Assembly (NCBI RefSeq): GCF_000006765.1
Contig: NC_002516.2
DNA length: 64,000 nucleotides
Direction: 5' to 3' (one strand)
Source of the DNA: Pseudomonas aeruginosa PAO1
GTDB taxonomy: Bacteria > Pseudomonadota > Gammaproteobacteria > Pseudomonadales > Pseudomonadaceae
A model generated the notes under the pieces. The model was not told the DNA's origin, did not search any database, and saw only the letters and a program-made list of their open reading frames with translations. The stretch's first letter is position 1; each line of letters begins with the position of its first letter. This document shows positions 57,535 to 64,000 of this stretch, in pieces. Made by a program: the position numbers and the translations under genes.

Positions 57535-60500
57535 ATGACCTTTACCGACCTGTTCGTCCGCCGGCCGGTGCTGGCGCTGGTGGTCAGCACGCTGATCCTG
57601 CTGCTCGGCCTGTTCTCCCTGGGCAAGCTGCCGATCCGCCAGTACCCGCTGCTGGAAAGCTCGACCATCACCGTCACCACCGAGTACCCCGGCGCCTCCG
57701 CCGATCTCATGCAAGGCTTCGTCACCCAGCCGATCGCCCAGGCGGTGTCGTCGGTGGAGGGCATCGACTACCTTTCCTCGACCTCGGTGCAGGGGCGTAG
57801 CGTGGTGACCATCCGCATGCTGCTCAACCGCGATTCGACCCAGGCGATGACCGAGACCATGGCCAAGGTCAACTCGGTGCGCTACAAGCTGCCCGAGCGT
57901 GCCTACGACTCGGTGATCGAACGCTCTTCCGGCGAGACCACCGCGGTAGCCTACGTCGGCTTTTCCAGCAAGACCCTGCCGATCCCGGCGTTGACCGACT
58001 ACCTGTCGCGGGTGGTCGAGCCGATGTTCTCTTCCATCGACGGCGTGGCCAAGGTCCAGACCTTTGGCGGCCAGCGCCTGGCCATGCGCCTCTGGCTCGA
58101 CGCCGACCGCCTCGCCGGGCGCGGCCTGACCGCCTCCGACGTGGCCGAGGCGATCCGCCGCAACAACTACCAGGCGGCGCCGGGGATGGTGAAGGGGCAG
58201 TACGTGCTGTCCAACGTGCGGGTCAACACCGACCTGACCAACGTCGACGACTTCCGCGAGATGGTCATCCGCAACGATGGCAACGGCCTGGTGCGCCTGC
58301 GCGACGTCGGTACCGTCGAACTGGGCGCCGCGGCCACCGAGACCAGCGCACTGATGGACGGCGACCCGGCGGTGCACCTGGGGTTGTTCCCGACGCCCAC
58401 CGGCAACCCGCTGGTGATCGTCGACGGCATCCGCAAGCTGCTGCCGGAGATCCAGAAGACCCTGCCGCCGGATGTCCGCGTCGACCTCGCCTACGAGACT
58501 TCGCGCTTCATCCAGGCCTCCATCGACGAGGTGGTGCGGACCCTGGTGGAAGCGCTGCTGATCGTGGTGCTGGTGATCTACCTCTGCCTCGGCTCGCTGC
58601 GCAGCGTGCTGATCCCGGTGGCGACCATTCCCCTGTCGATGCTCGGCGCCGCCGCGCTGATGCTGGCCTTCGGCTTCAGCGTCAACCTGCTGACCCTGCT
58701 GGCGATGGTGCTGGCCATCGGGCTGGTGGTGGACGACGCCATCGTGGTGGTGGAGAACGTCCACCGCCACATCGAGGAAGGCAAGTCGCCGGTGGCGGCG
58801 GCGCTGATCGGCGCCCGCGAAGTGGCCGGCCCGGTGATCGCCATGACCATCACCCTGGCCGCCGTGTACACCCCCATCGGCCTGATGGGCGGCCTCACCG
58901 GCGCGCTGTTCCGCGAGTTCGCCCTGACCCTGGCGGGCGCGGTGATCGTGTCCGGGGTGGTGGCGCTGACCCTGTCGCCGGTGATGAGTTCGCTGCTGCT
59001 CCAGGCGCACCAGAACGAGGGGCGCATGGGCCGCGCCGCCGAGTGGTTCTTCGGCGGCCTGACGCGGCGCTACGGGCAGGTCCTGGAGTTCTCCCTGGGC
59101 CACCGCTGGCTGACCGGCGGCCTGGCATTGCTGGTGTGCATCAGCCTGCCGCTGCTGTATTCGATGCCCAAGCGCGAACTGGCGCCGACCGAGGACCAGG
59201 CCGCGGTGCTCACCGCGATCAAGGCGCCGCAGCACGCCAACCTCGACTATGTCGAACTGTTCGCGCGCAAGCTCGACCAGGTCTACACCAGCATCCCGGA
59301 AACCGTGAGCACCTGGATCATCAACGGCACCGACGGACCGGCGGCGAGCTTCGGCGGGATCAACCTGGCGGCCTGGGAAAAACGCGAGCGCGACGCCTCG
59401 GCGATCCAGTCCGAGCTGCAAGGCAAGGTCGGCGATGTCGAGGGCAGCAGCATCTTCGCCTTCCAGTTGGCCGCCCTGCCCGGCTCCACCGGCGGCCTGC
59501 CGGTGCAGATGGTGCTGCGCAGCCCGCAGGACTATCCAGTGCTCTACCGGACCATGGAAGAGATCAAGCAGAAGGCCCGACAGAGCGGGCTGTTCGTGGT
59601 GGTCGACAGCGACCTCGACTACAACAACCCGGTGGTCCAGGTCCGCATCGACCGCGCCAAGGCCAACAGCCTGGGCATCCGCATGCAGGACATCGGCGAG
59701 TCGCTGGCGGTGCTGGTGGGCGAGAACTACGTCAACCGCTTCGGCATGGAGGGCCGCTCCTACGACGTGATCCCACAGAGCCTGCGCGACCAGCGTTTCA
59801 CTCCGCAAGCGCTGGCACGACAGTTCGTGCGCACCCAGGACGGCAACCTGGTGCCGCTGTCGACGGTGGTCCGGGTGGCGCTTCAGGTCGAACCGAACAA
59901 GCTGATCCAGTTCGACCAGCAGAACGCCGCGACCCTCCAGGCGATCCCCGCGCCCGGCGTCTCCATGGGCCAGGCGGTGGCCTTCCTCGACGACGTGGCG
60001 CGCGGCCTGCCGGCCGGCTTCAGCCACGACTGGCAATCCGACTCGCGGCAATACACCCAGGAAGGCAACACCCTGGTGTTCGCCTTCCTCGCCGCCCTGG
60101 TGGTGATCTACCTGGTGCTCGCCGCGCAGTACGAGAGCCTGGCCGACCCGCTGATCATCCTGATCACCGTGCCGCTGTCGATCTGCGGCGCGCTGCTGCC
60201 GCTGGCGCTGGGCTACGCGACGATGAACATCTATACGCAGATCGGCCTGGTCACCCTGATCGGCCTGATCAGCAAGCACGGCATCCTCATGGTCGAGTTC
60301 GCCAACGAACTGCAACTCCACGAGCGCCTCGACCGCCGCGCGGCGATCCTGCGCGCCGCGCAGATCCGCCTGCGGCCGGTGCTGATGACCACCGCGGCAA
60401 TGGTCTTCGGCCTGGTGCCGCTGCTCTTCGCCAGCGGCGCCGGCGCCGCCAGCCGCTTCGGCCTGGGCGTGGTGATCGTCTCCGGGATGCTGGTCGGCAC

Positions 60501-60624
60501 CCTCTTCACCCTGTTCGTGCTGCCCACCGTCTATACCCTGCTGGCGCGCAACCACGCGGAAGTCGACAAGAGCCCGCGCAGCCGGCAACTGGCCGAGGCC
60601 GATCTGCTGGTGAACAAGGCATGA
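57535..60624 (+). CDS. mexI: RND transporter MexI
   Basis: 1029 aa; GLVVDDAIVVVEN, RLRPVLMT. Confidence 0.96.
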   Translation: MTFTDLFVRRPVLALVVSTLILLLGLFSLGKLPIRQYPLLESSTITVTTEYPGASADLMQGFVTQPIAQAVSSVEGIDYLSSTSVQGRSVVTIRMLLNRDSTQAMTETMAKVNSVRYKLPERAYDSVIERSSGETTAVAYVGFSSKTLPIPALTDYLSRVVEPMFSSIDGVAKVQTFGGQRLAMRLWLDADRLAGRGLTASDVAEAIRRNNYQAAPGMVKGQYVLSNVRVNTDLTNVDDFREMVIRNDGNGLVRLRDVGTVELGAAATETSALMDGDPAVHLGLFPTPTGNPLVIVDGIRKLLPEIQKTLPPDVRVDLAYETSRFIQASIDEVVRTLVEALLIVVLVIYLCLGSLRSVLIPVATIPLSMLGAAALMLAFGFSVNLLTLLAMVLAIGLVVDDAIVVVENVHRHIEEGKSPVAAALIGAREVAGPVIAMTITLAAVYTPIGLMGGLTGALFREFALTLAGAVIVSGVVALTLSPVMSSLLLQAHQNEGRMGRAAEWFFGGLTRRYGQVLEFSLGHRWLTGGLALLVCISLPLLYSMPKRELAPTEDQAAVLTAIKAPQHANLDYVELFARKLDQVYTSIPETVSTWIINGTDGPAASFGGINLAAWEKRERDASAIQSELQGKVGDVEGSSIFAFQLAALPGSTGGLPVQMVLRSPQDYPVLYRTMEEIKQKARQSGLFVVVDSDLDYNNPVVQVRIDRAKANSLGIRMQDIGESLAVLVGENYVNRFGMEGRSYDVIPQSLRDQRFTPQALARQFVRTQDGNLVPLSTVVRVALQVEPNKLIQFDQQNAATLQAIPAPGVSMGQAVAFLDDVARGLPAGFSHDWQSDSRQYTQEGNTLVFAFLAALVVIYLVLAAQYESLADPLIILITVPLSICGALLPLALGYATMNIYTQIGLVTLIGLISKHGILMVEFANELQLHERLDRRAAILRAAQIRLRPVLMTTAAMVFGLVPLLFASGAGAASRFGLGVVIVSGMLVGTLFTLFVLPTVYTLLARNHAEVDKSPRSRQLAEADLLVNKA

Positions 60625-62084
60625 AGCGCTCCTACCCGAACCTTTCGCGCCTGGCGCTGGCCCTGGCGGTCGGCACCGGCCTGGCCGCCTGCAGCGTCGG
60701 CCCCGACTACCAGCGTCCGCAGTCGCCGCCGCCACGCGTCGCCAGCGAGCACCTCGGCGAGTTCTCCGGCGAGCGGCGGGAAGCGCCCTGGTGGAGTTTC
60801 TTCGACGATCCGCAACTGGTGCGCCTGGTCGACCAGGCGCTGGCGCGCAACCACGACATCCGCGAGGCCCGCGCCAACCTGCGCAGCGCCCGCGCGCTGT
60901 TCGACGACCGCTGGCTCGACCAGTTGCCGCAGGTCACCAGCCAGGCCGGCTACAGCCGCAGCATCGAACAACAGCTGGACTACGACGGCGAGCCGCGCCG
61001 GCGCCTGGCGGAGAGCTACCGCGCCGGCTTCGACGCGCAGTGGGAAATCGACCTGTTCGGCCGCCTCGGCCGACTTTCCGACGCCGCCTTGGCCCGCGCC
61101 GAAGCGGCCGACGCCGACCTCCGGCTGGTACGCCTGAGCATCGCCGCCGACACCGCCCGCGCCTACTTCGAGATCCAGGGCTACCAGCGCCGGCTGGACG
61201 TGGCGCGCGCCCAGGTGCGCAGTTGGCGCGACACCCTGGAGCTGACCCGCAGCAGCCTGCAACTGGGCAGCGGCCTGCCGGAGGACGTGGAGAACGCCCA
61301 GGCCAACCTGCTGCGCAGCGAAGCGGCGATTCCGCCACTGACGACCGCGCTGGAGAGCGCCCGCTATCGCCTCGACGTGCTGCGCGGCGAGGCACCCGGC
61401 AGCGGCGCGCCGATCCTCGACGGCGGCGCCGCCGCGCCATTGGCGAAGAACCTGCCGCTGGGCGACGTCGACCGCCTGATCCTCCAGCGCCCCGACGTAG
61501 TCAGCGCCGAGCGGCAACTGGCAGCGAGCACCGAAGACGTCGGCGCGGCCACCGCCGAACTCTATCCGCGCCTCGACCTGGGCGGCTTCATCGGTTTCTT
61601 CGCCCTGCGCAGCGGCGACCTCGGCAGCGCCTCGCGCGCCTTCGAACTGGCGCCCAGCGTCAGTTGGCCGGCGTTCCGCCTGGGCAACGTGCGGGCCCGC
61701 CTGCGCGCCGTCGAGGCGCAGTCCGACGCCGCGCTGGCGCGCTACCAGCGCTCCCTGCTGCTGGCCCAGGAGGACGTCGGCAACGCGCTCAACCAACTGG
61801 CCGAACACCAGCGTCGGCTGGTCGCCCTGTTCCAGTCCGCGACCCATGGCGCGAACGCCCTGGAGATCGCCAACGAACGCTACCGCGCCGGCGCCGGCAG
61901 CTACCTGGCGGTGCTGGAGAACCAGCGCGCGCTGTACCAGATCCGCGAGGAACTGGCGCAGGCGGAGACCGCCTCGTTCGTCAACGTCATCGCGCTCTAC
62001 AAGGCGCTCGGCTGGGGCAGCGGCGACCTGGCGCCGGGCGCCGGCCAACTGGCCGCCGGCGAAACCGCCGGGGCCAACCGTTGA
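60621..62084 (+). CDS. opmD: Outer-membrane factor lipoprotein OpmD
   Basis: ATGA overlap with mexI; lipobox LAAC-SVGPDY; WEIDLFG; LYKALGWG. Confidence 0.95.
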   Translation: MKRSYPNLSRLALALAVGTGLAACSVGPDYQRPQSPPPRVASEHLGEFSGERREAPWWSFFDDPQLVRLVDQALARNHDIREARANLRSARALFDDRWLDQLPQVTSQAGYSRSIEQQLDYDGEPRRRLAESYRAGFDAQWEIDLFGRLGRLSDAALARAEAADADLRLVRLSIAADTARAYFEIQGYQRRLDVARAQVRSWRDTLELTRSSLQLGSGLPEDVENAQANLLRSEAAIPPLTTALESARYRLDVLRGEAPGSGAPILDGGAAAPLAKNLPLGDVDRLILQRPDVVSAERQLAASTEDVGAATAELYPRLDLGGFIGFFALRSGDLGSASRAFELAPSVSWPAFRLGNVRARLRAVEAQSDAALARYQRSLLLAQEDVGNALNQLAEHQRRLVALFQSATHGANALEIANERYRAGAGSYLAVLENQRALYQIREELAQAETASFVNVIALYKALGWGSGDLAPGAGQLAAGETAGANR

Positions 62085-62094
62085 AAGTTCCGAT

Positions 62095-63099
62095 TCAGGC
62101 CCTGGCAGCGACGATCATGCGGGTTTCCATCGGCAGGTCGACGATCCGCTCCACCGCGAAGCCGCCGCGCCCGAGCAGGTCGACCACCTCCTCGGTGGTG
62201 CGGTGACGGCCAGCGCAGGCCATGAACAGGTGCACGTCCCAGAGCACCGACATCGGCGACGGCTCGCTGGCCGAGATGGTCCGCTCGATCACCACCACCC
62301 GGCCGTCGCCGGCCATCGCCTCGCGGCAATTGCCGAGCAACCGCAGGCTGGCGGCTTCGTCCAGATCGCCGATGATCCGCGACAGCAGGTAGATATCGCC
62401 GTTGGACGGCACCTCTTGCAGCATGTCGCCGCCCACCAGGCTGACGCGCTCCCCTGCCAACAGGCTGGAAAGGTTGTCGCGGGCCACGCCGAGGGAACCC
62501 TCGCGGTCGAGCATCACGCCCCGGGCGCTGGGCTCGGCCTGCAGGATGGCCTTGGTCAATTCGCCGGAACCGCCACCGACGTCGACGAAGCTACGCCCGC
62601 GGAAATCCAGGAGCCTGGGGATCTCGTGGAATGCCAGGTTGCTCGCCTTCATCGCCAGCAGGAAGCGCCGGCCGGCATCCGGGCAGCGCTTCAGGTAGCT
62701 GTAGAAGTCTTCGCCGAACGCCAGCTCGAAGCCTGGGGTACCGCTGAGCAGCGCCTCGCAGGCGGGCGTCCAGGCGGCGTGGAACTCCTCGCCGTAGAAC
62801 AGCACCATGTCGCGGAAGGAGCCCTCGACATCCCTCAGCAGGTGGCTGGTGGGGGTATTGGCGTAGCCGTCGCGGGTATCGCCCTGGAAGATCTCGAAGG
62901 CCACCAGCAGGCGCATCAGTCGATGGATGCGCTCGGCATCGGAACCGACCGCGGCGGCCAGCGTCTCGTCGCTGTCGATCCCGCTCTCGATCAGATCGGC
63001 CAGCCCGAGGCGCGTAGCGACGTAGACGCAACGGGACTTCCATTCCCCGGTAACAACTTGTATCAAATTACGCGCAGCAGCAAGATTCGAATTATTCAT
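62095..63099 (-). CDS. phzM: Phenazine N-methyltransferase PhzM
   Basis: 334 aa; dimerisation domain plus VDVGGGSG SAM motif. Confidence 0.97.
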   Translation of the reverse strand: MNNSNLAAARNLIQVVTGEWKSRCVYVATRLGLADLIESGIDSDETLAAAVGSDAERIHRLMRLLVAFEIFQGDTRDGYANTPTSHLLRDVEGSFRDMVLFYGEEFHAAWTPACEALLSGTPGFELAFGEDFYSYLKRCPDAGRRFLLAMKASNLAFHEIPRLLDFRGRSFVDVGGGSGELTKAILQAEPSARGVMLDREGSLGVARDNLSSLLAGERVSLVGGDMLQEVPSNGDIYLLSRIIGDLDEAASLRLLGNCREAMAGDGRVVVIERTISASEPSPMSVLWDVHLFMACAGRHRTTEEVVDLLGRGGFAVERIVDLPMETRMIVAARA

Positions 63100-63405
63100 C
63101 TTTTATTCTCTCTCGTTACACATTTCCGTAACCCGAGAAGTACCCAAGCGCTCTATTTCGCACTTCTTGCCCGCTCGGCGAGAAATACCGCAGAACACCC
63201 CGGTTCATTCGGAACTTTGAGAAAAAATACGCTCATCCCCCGGATCAGCGCTCCCTGGATCTCGTTGCGGAAACAACCCTGGAACTTTCCAACTGCCTGT
63301 TCCAGAGCCTTTTCCTGCGTACCGAAAGAATAAAATTACAACTTGGCTACAACCTCCGGCATTGCAGGAAGCATCAGCTTAGCAATCCCGCATACCCTGT
63401 CTGGC

Positions 63406-63425
63406 ACCTACCAGATCTTGTAGTT
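63406..63425 (+). promoter_or_regulatory. las/rhl box of the phz1 promoter
   Basis: ACCTACCAGATCTTGTAGTT fits CT-N12-AG; the well-known phzA1 box. Confidence 0.92.
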
Positions 63426-63795
63426 GAGCCGGTACGAGCGTTCTGTGTTTTATGCAATCCACATCAGCGACCAGGGATGCTGGCTATTTGAAACACTTCA
63501 CGGAATGACGCTGAAAGTCTTCGCGACCTCGTCTGTCGCACCTTAACGAAAGCATTGCGAATCCATTACCGACAGGTTTCCAAAAGAAACCCGGGATGAA
63601 ACTCCTATTGCCTTTCGAAAATTGGAAACGACAGGCGAACATATGTAACGCGAAATTTCACCCTACGTATAAACAATGCGCCCAGCGAATATCGCTCCCT
63701 TACCGAGCGACGAACTCCTGCGCGCCAGCGAATAACCGATGCCGCGAGGGAAAAGTTTCTCCGGCATACCTGGAGAGCCCTCTCGGAGGCGGCGC

Positions 63796-64000
63796 ATGAA
63801 CGGTCAGCGGTACAGGGAAACACCCCTCGACATCGAGCGTCTGCGGCGCCTGAATCGCGCCACGGTGGAGCGCTACATGGCAATGAAGGGGGCCGAACGG
63901 TTACAGCGGCACAGCCTGTTCGTCGAGGACGGCTGCGCCGGCAACTGGACCACGGAAAGCGGCGAACCCCTGGTTTTCCGGGGCCATGAGAGCCTCAGGC
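63796..64000 (+). CDS. phzA1: Phenazine biosynthesis protein PhzA1 (5' part, runs off window)
   Basis: MNGQRYRETPLDIERLRRLNRATVERYMAMKGAERLQRHSLFVEDGCAGNWTTESG; GGAGG RBS. Confidence 0.96.
   Translation, partial: MNGQRYRETPLDIERLRRLNRATVERYMAMKGAERLQRHSLFVEDGCAGNWTTESGEPLVFRGHESLR

Noticed and set aside
56230-60735. 1501-aa minus-strand ORF, and similar long antisense ORFs (7379-10195, 14043-15974, 43912-46080, 26363-28063)
   Set aside because: They mirror bona fide genes on the opposite strand. High-GC codon bias depletes antisense stops, and the translations show no recognisable domains.
63729-63738. REP-like fragment CGAATAACCG in the phzA1 leader
   Set aside because: Only 10 bp, with no GTAG end or partner half; could be chance.

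Overview
High-GC Pseudomonas aeruginosa core-genome segment. Gene order and protein lengths match my recollection of the PAO1 PA4155-PA4210 region; locus numbers are from memory, not a database search. Contents in order: a catechol-siderophore uptake locus (fvbA, IclR regulator, fepCBDG); amidase/GGCT, MocR/GNAT and an aldo-keto reductase; the second pyoverdine/xenosiderophore receptor fpvB; a stress/detox block (Rrf2 plus TrxR-like, PfpI, exonuclease III, RidA/LysR); protease IV (piv); ppiC2; eftM; an OprD-family porin; an orphan acetolactate synthase; a B3/4-PaiB pair; souR next to an uncharacterised GntR-controlled catabolic operon; pqsL; a polar amino acid ABC transporter with an IPNS-like oxygenase; bfiSR divergent from an acyl-CoA ligase/dehydrogenase pair and a YtnP-like lactonase; ddlA-nmoA/nmoR; ppgL; SoxR-controlled mexGHI-opmD; phzM; and the start of phzA1. 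I found no IS, prophage, integron, CRISPR, tRNA/rRNA or clear pseudogene. The most novel signals are non-coding (a shared palindromic operator at fvbA and fepC/fepB, paired Rrf2-type operators, a strong-RBS uORF before the amidase, REP/REPIN arrays) plus functional hypotheses for several orphan modules.
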